Origin: Acidimicrobiales bacterium
GTDB taxonomy: Bacteria; Actinomycetota; Acidimicrobiia; Acidimicrobiales; RAAP-2
Direction of reading: 5' to 3'
Length of the DNA: 64,000 nt
Assembly: GCA_035502215.1 (NCBI GenBank)
Contig: DATJUR010000122.1
Location: 2,952-66,951 of the forward strand
The notes beneath the pieces were generated by a model. The model did no database searches, was not told where the DNA came from, and saw nothing but the letters and a program-made list of their open reading frames with translations. Shown one piece after another: positions 21,638-31,241 of this stretch. Positions within the stretch are counted from its first letter, which is position 1. Each line of letters opens with the position of its first letter. The translations under genes were made by a program, and so were the position numbers.

Positions 21638-23806
21638 GTGACCATTTCGATCCTGCGACGGGCGACCCGAGGCCAGCGCGACGAGTCGGGCCCAGGACTC
21701 TCCCTGCTCGCCCTGGAGTCCGACGCGTACCCCGGCGAGGTGGGAGATTTCCCTCCGACTCTTCACCGGATGCTCTCGGTGCTGACCGATGGCGTCGTGG
21801 TGGTGGATGGAGATGGCGTGCTACGCCACGCCAATGACGATTTAATCAACCTGGCCGGATACACCTATGAGGCGTTGATCGGCCAGCCGGCCAAGCACCT
21901 CTTTCCGAATTGGGATCGATACGCGGGGTCCACCCCGATCGACGTGCCCGAGGGGCACTCAGCGCCCGGGGCGGTCGATGTCCATCTCCCGCTTCGCTGC
22001 GGTGACGGAAAGAAAATTGATGTCCTCGCCGCTATCTCTCCCTTCGTTTTCGACAGCGAGCGCTGGGTGGTCGTTTTGGTGCGCGACGCGCGACTGATCA
22101 GTGCCGCCGAACAACTGCGCATCGCGACCGAACTGCGCTTTCGCCTGGCCTTTGAAGGCAACATGGCACCGATGACGGTGACCGACCTCGACGATCAGAT
22201 CACCGCCGCCAACGGGGCTTTCTGCGAGATGGTGGGATACTCCAAAGAAGAGCTCCTCGGACGCGACTCGAAAACGTTTACCTACCCCGACGACATCGGT
22301 ATCACCGAGGAGTCGCACCGGCGAGCCATATGGGGCGAGACCGAGCAGTCGCGCTACATCAAGCGCTACCTGCGCAAGGACGGCCAGGTCATCTTCGTCG
22401 AAGTCCTGCGCTCCGCGGCCCGCGACGACGCCGGCGAACTGCTCTACTTCGTCTTCTCCGAGCGCGACATCACCCAGGAGAAGGCCCTCTCGGCCCAAAT
22501 AACTCATCAGGCGTTGCACGATCCACTCACCGGGCTCGCCAACCGGGCCCTGTTCATGGACCGGTTGTCCCAGGCGATGGCCCGTGCGGCGCGAAACGGC
22601 GGAACCGGGGCGGTGCTACTGATCGACCTCGACAACTTTCAAGGCGTGAACGACACCTATGGCCACGGGGTCGGGGACCAGCTGCTGGTAGCCATCGCCC
22701 ATCGCCTGGACGTGGTGTCGCGCACGTCGGACTCCCTGGCGCGCTCGGGCGACGACGAGTTCTTGTACTTGGCCGAGGGGATGAACTCACCCGAGGAGGC
22801 TGCGATCGTCGCCCAGAGGCTGCTGGACGTGTTTTCTCAGCCCTTCCTGATCGATGGCACACCGCTAGAGCAGCGCGCGAGCATGGGCGTGGTGGTCTGG
22901 GACGTGCTGAACACGGATCGAGCCGAGATTGTCCAAAACGCCGACGTAGCTCTCTTCGAGGCGAAGCGAGCGGGCAAGGGCCGCTTCGTGAGGTTCTCTC
23001 CCGACATGCACGAGCAGGCGGTGAATCGCTTTGAGTTGGTCCAGGACCTGCGTCGTGGCTTCCACTCGAATCAGTTCGCCATGCACTACCAGCCCATCGT
23101 CGACCTCGCGACGACGACGGTCGTTGGATTCGAGGCGCTCATGCGATGGCAACACCCCCAGCGCGGCTTGGTCCCCCCCGCCGTCTTCATCCCCCTCGCC
23201 GAGCAGAACGACCTCATCCTCGAACTCGGCGCGTTCGCTCTCACGAGCGCCATCGAGGCGGCCAGTTCCTGGTCGCGCTCGGGCGACCCACGGAACTGGC
23301 CCTACGTCAGCGTCAACTTGTCGGCTCGACAGTTCTACGACCCCAACCTCGTCGCCACCATTGAGGGAGCGCTCTACGCCAACGACCTCGGACCCGAGCG
23401 GCTCATCATCGAGGTGACCGAAGGGGTGGCCTTGGCCAACGTGGCCGAGACCATGAACGTGATCGAGTACCTCAACCGGTTGGGCGTGGGTTTCGCGCTC
23501 GACGACTTCGGTACGGGGTACTCGTCGCTGTCGTACCTCGCCCTGATGCGCCCTCGCGTGATCAAGATCGACCAGTCCTTCATCAGCCCCGCCTTCGAGA
23601 GCGCGCGTAACGACACACTGCTCGAAGCGATCGTTTCGCTCGGTCAGAACCTCAACATGTCGGTGCTGGCCGAAGGCATTGAGACCCAAGGCCAGTACAT
23701 CCGGCTGTGTTGCTTCGGTTGTGAGCTAGGACAAGGCTTCTTGTTCTCGCCCGCCGTTTCGGCCGAGGGTGCAAGCACCCTGGTTGGCCGCGTGCTCGGC
23801 ACCTGA
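21638..23806 (+). CDS. PAS-PAS-GGDEF-EAL c-di-GMP signalling protein
   Basis: Two PAS domains, HDPLTGLANR, degenerate SGDDEF, FEALMRW, DDFGTGYSS, AEGIET, GQGFLF; start uncertain. Confidence 0.92.
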   Translation: MTISILRRATRGQRDESGPGLSLLALESDAYPGEVGDFPPTLHRMLSVLTDGVVVVDGDGVLRHANDDLINLAGYTYEALIGQPAKHLFPNWDRYAGSTPIDVPEGHSAPGAVDVHLPLRCGDGKKIDVLAAISPFVFDSERWVVVLVRDARLISAAEQLRIATELRFRLAFEGNMAPMTVTDLDDQITAANGAFCEMVGYSKEELLGRDSKTFTYPDDIGITEESHRRAIWGETEQSRYIKRYLRKDGQVIFVEVLRSAARDDAGELLYFVFSERDITQEKALSAQITHQALHDPLTGLANRALFMDRLSQAMARAARNGGTGAVLLIDLDNFQGVNDTYGHGVGDQLLVAIAHRLDVVSRTSDSLARSGDDEFLYLAEGMNSPEEAAIVAQRLLDVFSQPFLIDGTPLEQRASMGVVVWDVLNTDRAEIVQNADVALFEAKRAGKGRFVRFSPDMHEQAVNRFELVQDLRRGFHSNQFAMHYQPIVDLATTTVVGFEALMRWQHPQRGLVPPAVFIPLAEQNDLILELGAFALTSAIEAASSWSRSGDPRNWPYVSVNLSARQFYDPNLVATIEGALYANDLGPERLIIEVTEGVALANVAETMNVIEYLNRLGVGFALDDFGTGYSSLSYLALMRPRVIKIDQSFISPAFESARNDTLLEAIVSLGQNLNMSVLAEGIETQGQYIRLCCFGCELGQGFLFSPAVSAEGASTLVGRVLGT

Positions 23807-24014
23807 CCACGAGGTAGCAGTTCGAAATTAGGCCCGTGGCGAGGAATTTCGCTCGGTACCGTTGCGCCATTCGCAGAACTGGTGTCCGAGTTTTCAGCGG
23901 AAGCGGCGCTCCTATGGCGCTCACGATCTTTGGGACACGCGACGGATCTCAATCCCGCGAGTTCGAGAGTCGAAACGAAGATAGAGCGGCACACCTGGCA
24001 TGATTGGTTGCCAA

Positions 24015-25070
24015 ATGGCGAACGTGGATCAACGAAGCAGCGAGTCGCTGGACTCGAATCAAGGGATCTTGCTTCGCGGCATCACCAAGCGATTCGGTTC
24101 GAGTGTCGCGGTGAACAACGTCGACCTCGAAGTCTTTCGTGGGGAGTTCTTTACGATGCTCGGGCCGTCGGGCTCAGGAAAGACGACGCTTCTCCGCCTC
24201 ATCGCGGGATTCGAGGTTCCTGACGCGGGAACCATTTCACTGCGGGGAGTCGACGTCACCGGCGCGCCGCCCTACCAACGAGACGTCAACACGGTCTTTC
24301 AGGACTACGCCCTGTTTCCTCACTTCAGTGTGTCCCAAAACGTGGGCTACGGCCTACGGGTTCGTCATACGCCCAAGGACCAGCTCGCGCGCCGAGTGGG
24401 TGACGCTCTGGAGATGGTGCAGATGGGCGAGTTTGCCGAACGCCGACCCGCCCAGCTCTCGGGAGGTCAGCGTCAGCGCGTGGCCCTGGCTCGCGCCATC
24501 GTGAACGAGCCCCAGGTCCTCTTGCTCGACGAACCCCTCGGGGCGCTCGACCTCAAGTTGCGCCAGGAGATGCAGGTCGAACTCAAGCGAATCCAGCGCC
24601 AGGTTGGCATCACGTTTATCTACGTCACCCACGACCAGGAGGAGGCGCTCACCATGAGCGATCGCCTGGCGGTGTTTCGCAGTGGTCAAATTGAGCAGAT
24701 CGGGGCGCCGAGCGAGGTCTACGAACGGCCCGCGACCGAATTCGTCGCGTCCTTCGTGGGCACCTCGAACGTCATCGAAACCCCGGCGGGACGAGCGGTC
24801 CTGCGACCTGAGAAGATCGAGATATCCCAAGGTACGGGCCGGGGGGGCCGTCCGGGTGCGTTGGGCCGCGTCGAGGACGTGGCGTACCTGGGCATGGTGA
24901 CCCGCTTTACCGTTCGCCTCGAAGATGGATCGACGATGACGGTCGCTCGCCAGAATCGCTCCGGTGGCGCGCAACGCAATAGTCTCGACCTCGAGAGTCC
25001 CGTGGTACTCACGTGGGACCCCGATGACGCCTTTGCACTTGCTCCAAGCAGTGTTGCTGAGGCCCAGTAA
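24015..25070 (+). CDS. Polyamine-type ABC transporter ATP-binding protein (PotA/YdcT-like)
   Basis: GPSGSGKT, NTVFQDYALFPH, LSGGQ, LLDEPLGALD, TOBE domain. Confidence 0.93.
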   Translation: MANVDQRSSESLDSNQGILLRGITKRFGSSVAVNNVDLEVFRGEFFTMLGPSGSGKTTLLRLIAGFEVPDAGTISLRGVDVTGAPPYQRDVNTVFQDYALFPHFSVSQNVGYGLRVRHTPKDQLARRVGDALEMVQMGEFAERRPAQLSGGQRQRVALARAIVNEPQVLLLDEPLGALDLKLRQEMQVELKRIQRQVGITFIYVTHDQEEALTMSDRLAVFRSGQIEQIGAPSEVYERPATEFVASFVGTSNVIETPAGRAVLRPEKIEISQGTGRGGRPGALGRVEDVAYLGMVTRFTVRLEDGSTMTVARQNRSGGAQRNSLDLESPVVLTWDPDDAFALAPSSVAEAQ

Positions 25071-25091
25071 CACCAAACAACAAGGGGAGAA

Positions 25092-26285
25092 ATGAACAGA
25101 TCACACTATGTGAGGTGGGCCAGTTTGGCGGCGGGAGTGGCGCTGCTGGGTTCATTCGTCGTACCGATTGTGCTCAGTAGCACCGCGGGGGCCTCGTTGG
25201 GGACCCCGCCCACCCAGGGCATGAAACCACCGACCTCCATCGGCAAGGGCGAGGGCAAACTCAACATCATCGCCTGGGAGGGCTACACCCAACCCGAGTG
25301 GGTCAAGCCCTTCGAGAAAACTACCGGGTGCCAGGTCAACGTGAAGTACGCCGGTTCCTCGAGTGAGATGGTCTCACTCATGGCTAATGGCGGTGGCCAC
25401 CAGTGGGACTTGGTTTCCGCCTCTGGTGATGCCGACCTGCGCCTGATCTACGGTGGCGACGTTAAGCCAATCAACATCAAGTTGATCCCCTCGTGGAGTG
25501 AGTTCCAGCCCTTCCTCAAGTCGCCGTCGTTTAACACGATCAACGGCTATCACTACGGGGTGAGCTTCGAGTTCGGACCCAACGTGCTGCTGTATTCGAC
25601 CAAGACCTTTAAGACGGCTCCCACGTCCTGGTCGGTTATCTACTCGAAGAAGTACAAGGGCGAGATCACGATTCCTGACAATCCGATTCAGATCGCCGAC
25701 GCGGCCCTGTACCTAGAGTCGGCCAAGCCGAGTTTGGGCATCACCGACCCGTACGAGTTAACCCAGACCCAATTCAACGCGGCCGTCAATCTGCTCAAGG
25801 CTCAGCACCCACTGGTGAAGAAATACTGGGACCTCGCGAGTCAGGAGATTTCCCTCTTCCAGAACGGCGAAGCGGTCGTCGGAGCGGCGTGGCCGTATCA
25901 GACCTCGACCTTGAAGGCGGCGCACGCGCCCGTTGCCGACACCATCCCCAAGGAAGGGGCGACCGGCTGGGCCGACACGTGGATGCTCGCCACCAACGCA
26001 CCAGACCCGAACTGTGCCTACGACTGGATGGCCTACATGTCCACGCCCAAGATTCAAGCCGAAGACGCCATCTCGTACGGCGAGACGCCGGCTAACACGT
26101 TGGCCTGTCCGATCATGAACACGCTGCAGAAGGGCGGATGCGCGGCGTATCACGCGAACGCGCCGCAGTCCTACTTCAAGACCATCAAGTTCTGGAAGAC
26201 ACCCCTGTCCACCTGCGACAACGGCCAGAACGACTGCGTGGACTTTACGCAGTGGCAACAGGCCTGGACGCAGATCACGGGATAG
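25092..26285 (+). CDS. Polyamine-type ABC substrate-binding protein (YdcS-like)
   Basis: GEGKLNIIAWEGY, TGCQVNVK, ASGDA, PKEGATGWADTWM. Confidence 0.9.
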   Translation: MNRSHYVRWASLAAGVALLGSFVVPIVLSSTAGASLGTPPTQGMKPPTSIGKGEGKLNIIAWEGYTQPEWVKPFEKTTGCQVNVKYAGSSSEMVSLMANGGGHQWDLVSASGDADLRLIYGGDVKPINIKLIPSWSEFQPFLKSPSFNTINGYHYGVSFEFGPNVLLYSTKTFKTAPTSWSVIYSKKYKGEITIPDNPIQIADAALYLESAKPSLGITDPYELTQTQFNAAVNLLKAQHPLVKKYWDLASQEISLFQNGEAVVGAAWPYQTSTLKAAHAPVADTIPKEGATGWADTWMLATNAPDPNCAYDWMAYMSTPKIQAEDAISYGETPANTLACPIMNTLQKGGCAAYHANAPQSYFKTIKFWKTPLSTCDNGQNDCVDFTQWQQAWTQITG

Positions 26286-26288
26286 CGA

Positions 26289-27179
26289 TTGTCAATAGGC
26301 TCAGGAACTCGTCAACGACTGGGGGCGGCGCTGTGGCGCCGCCCCTGGTTGCGTGGGACGCTGATGTTGACGCCCCCGCTGATGTGGTTTCTCGTGGTCT
26401 ACATCGCCTCGCTGGTGGCGCTCCTCATTACCGCGTTCTTCAGCGTGAACTCACTGACCGGCAACATCATCTACCAGTGGACGTGGGCCAACTTCTCACA
26501 GATCTTCACCCAGTCGGTCTACGGCGAGATCATTCTGCGTACCTTGATCATGGCGGTGCTGGTGACCGCAACCGACGCGGTCATCGCGCTGCCCTTCGCC
26601 TTCTTCATCGCCAAGATCGCTCAGCGCCGAGTACGACAGGCGTTTCTCGCCCTCGTGTTTTTGCCTCTGTGGGCGAGTTACCTCGCGCGAGTGTACGCGT
26701 GGATCAACATTCTCTCGAATCACGGCGTGCTCCCGGACTTTGAGCGGCACGTAGGACTGCCGATCACCAACCTGGCCTACACCAACACGGCCATGTGGAT
26801 TGTCTTTTCGTACCTCTGGCTGCCCTTCATGATCGTGCCCATCTACGGTGCCTTCGAGCGCGTCCCCGACTCCTACCTCGAGGCCTCCAGCGACCTGGGT
26901 GCGGGCAGCTGGTTTACGTTTCGTCGGATTCTCTTCCCCTTGATCCTGCCCGGAGTCGTCGCGGGATCGATCTTCACCTTCTCGTTGACGCTGGGTGACT
27001 TCATCACGCCGCTGCTCATCGGCGGCTCGAACTCCAACTTCATCGGCAACGCCATCTACGACAGCGCGATCAATGGGGGAGACCTTCCCTTCGCCGCGGC
27101 GCTAGCTTTCGTGTCCATTGCGATTATGGCCATCTATCTCTTCCTGGCGCGCGCGGCCGGCGCCTTTGACGCGCTATGA
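26289..27179 (+). CDS. ABC permease (PotB/YdcU-like)
   Basis: PLWASYL, EASSDLGA EAA loop, TFSLTLGDF. Confidence 0.92.
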   Translation: MSIGSGTRQRLGAALWRRPWLRGTLMLTPPLMWFLVVYIASLVALLITAFFSVNSLTGNIIYQWTWANFSQIFTQSVYGEIILRTLIMAVLVTATDAVIALPFAFFIAKIAQRRVRQAFLALVFLPLWASYLARVYAWINILSNHGVLPDFERHVGLPITNLAYTNTAMWIVFSYLWLPFMIVPIYGAFERVPDSYLEASSDLGAGSWFTFRRILFPLILPGVVAGSIFTFSLTLGDFITPLLIGGSNSNFIGNAIYDSAINGGDLPFAAALAFVSIAIMAIYLFLARAAGAFDAL

Positions 27180-27985
27180 AGCTGTCGCGACTCTCCCGAG
27201 GCGTGTTGGCACTTCTTTCGGTGCTGGTCGTGTTGTTCTTGCTCGGCCCCCTATTGGTCATTGTGCTCTTTGCCTTCGACAAGTCCAACGTCCAATCGCT
27301 GCCAATCGAGCACTGGACGACGCACTGGTTTGCGGTCGCCTTTGACGACCCCGCCGTGCGAAGTGCCCTGTGGCTGAGCGTGAAGGCGGGCCTCGCGGCC
27401 ACCGCCATTGCTCTGATTCTTGGCACGCTGGTCGCCTTTGGCATCCATCGCTTTCGCTTCTTCGGGCGCGACACCATCTCGCTCATGCTGGTGCTCCCGA
27501 TTGCCCTGCCCGGTATCGTCACGGGTCTCGCGCTGCAGTCAGCGTTCAATCTCACGCACATCGACCTGTCGATCTACACGATCATCGTGGGACACGCCAC
27601 GTTTTGCATGGTCGTGGTCTTCAATAACGTGGTGGCGCGGTTGCGGCGAACCTCGACGTCGCTCATCGAAGCGTCGTCAGACCTCGGGGCGAAACCCGCC
27701 CAGACCCTTCGGCTGATTACGCTGCCCATGCTAAAAACCGCCCTCATTGCGGGCGGCTTGCTCGCCTTTGCCCTCAGCTTCGACGAAGTGATCGTCACCA
27801 CTTTTACCGCGGGTGCGCAGAACACGTTGCCCCTGTGGATCTTCGGCGCTATCCTGCGCGGTCAACAGCTGCCTGAGGTCAACGCGGTAGTGGTGTTTGT
27901 GCTGATCCTGACTGTTGCTCCCATCGCGTACGCTGCGCGAATATCGAGCGGCGAAGGCTTCCTTCGTTCGAGTGAGTCGAAGTAG
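27176..27985 (+). CDS. ABC permease (PotC/YdcV-like)
   Basis: PIALPGIVTG, EASSDLGA, FALSFDEVIVT; ATGA overlap. Confidence 0.92.
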   Translation: MKLSRLSRGVLALLSVLVVLFLLGPLLVIVLFAFDKSNVQSLPIEHWTTHWFAVAFDDPAVRSALWLSVKAGLAATAIALILGTLVAFGIHRFRFFGRDTISLMLVLPIALPGIVTGLALQSAFNLTHIDLSIYTIIVGHATFCMVVVFNNVVARLRRTSTSLIEASSDLGAKPAQTLRLITLPMLKTALIAGGLLAFALSFDEVIVTTFTAGAQNTLPLWIFGAILRGQQLPEVNAVVVFVLILTVAPIAYAARISSGEGFLRSSESK

Positions 27986-27994
27986 TGCGCGGGG

Positions 27995-29449
27995 CTACGT
28001 TCGAGCCGGTGCCGCAGCGCCCTCTTGGAGGGCCAACTGTCGTGCGCACTCTTTGCTGTTCAACAGAGAGAGGACCACGATGATGCCCAGAACGGCGAAT
28101 CCGGTGGCCACCAGATAGGACAGCCGAAAACCGGTGGTAAGAGTGGCGCCGTTGGCGCGCGAAGCGGCCGCCGCAATCGTGGCGAGGATGGAGAGTCCCA
28201 CGGCGGACCCCACTTGCTGGCTGGTGTTCAAGAGTCCTGCAGCGGTTCCCTGCTGGGTGGGGGCGACCCCCGCGATGGCACCGATCGACGCGGCGGGGAA
28301 GGCCAGCCCCATACCAAAGGCCGTTAACAGCAGACCGGGAAGAACGTTGGGCCAGTATGAGCCTCCCGAGGTGATGTGCGAGAGCCATAGCTGACCGAGC
28401 CCGACGCTGGTGAGACCACTGACGAGTAACGGCTTGACTCCCACGCGAGAGAGCAGTCGTCGAGTGAGCAAGGTGGAGGTACCCATGACCGTCAGCGTGG
28501 CGGGGATGAAGCACAATCCCGTGACGAGCGGTTCGTAGTGGAGCACCCGCTGGAGGTAGAGAGAGGCGAAGAAGGTGTAGGCCACGGTGATCGATCCCAT
28601 CGTCAGCATGGCTCCGTCGGCGGCCCGACGGCTGCGCCCGGCCAATACGGCGAAGGGCAGCATGGGCGCGGACGAGCGCCGCTCGACGACCACGAACGAA
28701 ACGCCCAATATGACGAACGCGATAAGGGCGACCACCGATTGGGCGGATCCAAACCCCCGCTCCTCGCCTTGACTCAATCCATAGATCAGCGAAGCCAGCG
28801 AAAAGGTCACGAGCGTGGCACCGGGGTAGTCAAGGTTGACGCCACGCTGGCGAGGGTTGGGCGGAATCAGGCGCGGGACAAAGAAGATCAGTGCCGCCAC
28901 GATGGGTACGTTGATCAGAAAGATCGCCCGCCAGTTCACGTACTCGACGAGCACTCCGCCGAGTACGACGCCCAAAGACGCCCCACCGGCGGCGGCGGCC
29001 TGCCAGAGACCAATGGCCCGATTGCGCGCGGGACCCTCGGGGTTGTTCGTCGTCAGAAGAGCCAGGGCAGTCGGAGAAATCATGGCCCCGCCAACGCCCT
29101 GAACAATGCGCGAGATAACCAACATCAAGGCACTCTGGGCAAGTCCGCATGTCAGCGACGCCACCACGAAGACGATGAAGCCCGCCACGAGCAACCGGCG
29201 ACGGCCCAGCAGATCTCCGGCGCGTCCGCTGAGCAGCAACAGCGACCCGAACGTCAGCGCATAGCCAGTTACCACCCACTGGAGATCGCCCGATGAGAAG
29301 TGGAGTTGGCGCTGAATCGTGGCGAGTGCGACGTTGACGATGCTGAAGTCAAGGGTGAGCACAAGTTGTGCGGTGCACAGCAGCGCGAGCAGACCGTCGG
29401 GGGAGCTTGTCACCGCTCGAGGCGTGCGACCAGACACGGGGTTGCTCAC
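27995..29449 (-). CDS. MFS transporter, DHA2 family
   Basis: LDFSIVNVAL, GRAGDLLGRRR, WRAIFLINVP. Confidence 0.92.
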   Translation of the reverse strand: MSNPVSGRTPRAVTSSPDGLLALLCTAQLVLTLDFSIVNVALATIQRQLHFSSGDLQWVVTGYALTFGSLLLLSGRAGDLLGRRRLLVAGFIVFVVASLTCGLAQSALMLVISRIVQGVGGAMISPTALALLTTNNPEGPARNRAIGLWQAAAAGGASLGVVLGGVLVEYVNWRAIFLINVPIVAALIFFVPRLIPPNPRQRGVNLDYPGATLVTFSLASLIYGLSQGEERGFGSAQSVVALIAFVILGVSFVVVERRSSAPMLPFAVLAGRSRRAADGAMLTMGSITVAYTFFASLYLQRVLHYEPLVTGLCFIPATLTVMGTSTLLTRRLLSRVGVKPLLVSGLTSVGLGQLWLSHITSGGSYWPNVLPGLLLTAFGMGLAFPAASIGAIAGVAPTQQGTAAGLLNTSQQVGSAVGLSILATIAAAASRANGATLTTGFRLSYLVATGFAVLGIIVVLSLLNSKECARQLALQEGAAAPART

Positions 29450-29772
29450 GGACGTTGTCTCGGGTTTTTGGCGGACGCCATTGCGGGTCTTCCTCTAGGC
29501 GGAATTAGAAAAGTATGGCGCAACGAGGCGGGTTCGGTTCACTTTCCGGGGACCGGCCGAGCACCATTGGATACCCACCGGTGAAAGATTTGTTCGCGGG
29601 GTGCCGGTCGCTCCGGGCGCTTCGTACTTCCTGAGAAGGGGGTGCTGTTGTTCTCGCTCGTCTTAGGTAGTACCTTCCAACTGAACCGCTGGTGAACAGA
29701 CGGTTACGGATGTGAGGCGGGACAGGGCGGCACCACGGTGGTGACGCTCGCTTTGTTGGGTTGGGGGGGAAA

Positions 29773-31137
29773 TTGAGATTCAACCAAATCTTTGGGAAGC
29801 GTACGGCCACTGCCGCGGCAGCGGTAGCGATGATCGCTTCGGTAACGGCAATTGGCGTGAACGCCGCGGCGAGCGCGTCATCGAAAATTGGCGGGACGGT
29901 GTCGGTCTGGAATGAGTTCTCCGGCGCCGAGGCGACCGGCTTTGCCACCGCGCTGAAGCCCTTCGAAAGTAAGACCGGCGTCAAGGTGACGGTTCGCAAC
30001 ATCGGCTCGTCGGGACCCACCTTGATCGAAGCGGCCGTCGCGGGCGGTAAGCCACCAGACATCGCGGCCGTGCCGACTCCCGGGTCCTTTGACCTGCTGG
30101 CGGCTGGTAAGCGTTTGACTCCATTGAAGCCAATTCTGGGCAGTGAAGTGAAGAACTTCTCGGCTGGCTGGAACGCGGCCGCAACGTACAAGGGAACGCT
30201 GTACGGACTCTGGCTCGACTCGTCGTCGAAGAACACCGTCTTCTACAATCCTGCCGTCTTCAAGGCGGCCGGTATTACGTCGACGCCAACGACCTTTGAG
30301 CAGATGCTCACCGACGCGTCGACGATTGCGGAGGCGGGTTACACGCCAATCTCGTTCTGCAGTGGAACATCCGGCGCAGGCTGGTCGGCAACGGACCTTT
30401 TCCAAAATCTCTTCGTGAAGCTCAATGGGGCGGTTGCGTACAACGACCTCGTCAGTGGGAAGTTGAGCTGGACAAGTCCTGAAGTAACTGCGACTTTTGC
30501 CAACTACTCGTCGCTGCTGGGCGCGAACGGCGCCAACGTGGGTGGTATCAGCAACGCGCTCGGCACAGATCAGTTGTGGCCCACGTGCGTGAACGATGTG
30601 TTTCCCACGTCGGGCTCGCCAACGGCCGCCATGGTGATTGAGGCCTCGTTTGTCGAGCAGACCCTTCCGTCGAACTACACGCCGTCCGACGACTCGTCGT
30701 GCACCTTGACTCAGACGAACCCGTGCTACGACTACTTCCCGTTCCCCGCTCCAGCGGGGAGCAAGTACGTCAACAACGACCAGTCGTCTGGTGATGTGGC
30801 TATGTTGATGAAGTCGACCAAGGCATCTCGTGCGCTGATGCAGTACCTGGGATCGAAGCAGTTCGCCACGGCGTGGGAAGAGGCACCGGGGGGAACGATT
30901 ACGCCGAACCTGGCTGTGCCCGCTAGCGCCCTGAAGAATCCTGTGACCGCGAGCATCGTGAAGAACCTGAACAGCGCGACGGCAACCGTGTTCAGCATGG
31001 ACGACGAGTACGGCGGGACGCTGGAGCCCGAGATGTGGTCGAACATGCTTGCCTGGATCGGGGGCACCGATACGACGGCTCAGTTCCAGTCGACCATGCA
31101 GAGCGAAACCAAGGCGTACTTGGCCGCCAACGGGTAG
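29773..31137 (+). CDS. Carbohydrate ABC substrate-binding protein (AglE-like)
   Basis: Signal peptide, FESKTGVKV, GGKPPDIAAVPTPG, KNTVFYN, SGAGW; TTG start. Confidence 0.85.
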   Translation: MRFNQIFGKRTATAAAAVAMIASVTAIGVNAAASASSKIGGTVSVWNEFSGAEATGFATALKPFESKTGVKVTVRNIGSSGPTLIEAAVAGGKPPDIAAVPTPGSFDLLAAGKRLTPLKPILGSEVKNFSAGWNAAATYKGTLYGLWLDSSSKNTVFYNPAVFKAAGITSTPTTFEQMLTDASTIAEAGYTPISFCSGTSGAGWSATDLFQNLFVKLNGAVAYNDLVSGKLSWTSPEVTATFANYSSLLGANGANVGGISNALGTDQLWPTCVNDVFPTSGSPTAAMVIEASFVEQTLPSNYTPSDDSSCTLTQTNPCYDYFPFPAPAGSKYVNNDQSSGDVAMLMKSTKASRALMQYLGSKQFATAWEEAPGGTITPNLAVPASALKNPVTASIVKNLNSATATVFSMDDEYGGTLEPEMWSNMLAWIGGTDTTAQFQSTMQSETKAYLAANG

Positions 31138-31241
31138 TTTGACGTAGCGTCATCGGCGTGCGTGTAGCTCAGCGAGTTGCACGCACGCCGATCGGCACTC
31201 GATGGCCGTTGCCATCGAGTGCAACCGCATATTCGTGACTG

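Noticed and set aside
23996-24013. Sigma-54-like TGGCA...TTGC upstream of the polyamine ABC operon
   Set aside because: GG-to-GC spacing is 11 rather than 10 nt; at most a TGGCA-N8-TGCCA palindrome of unknown meaning
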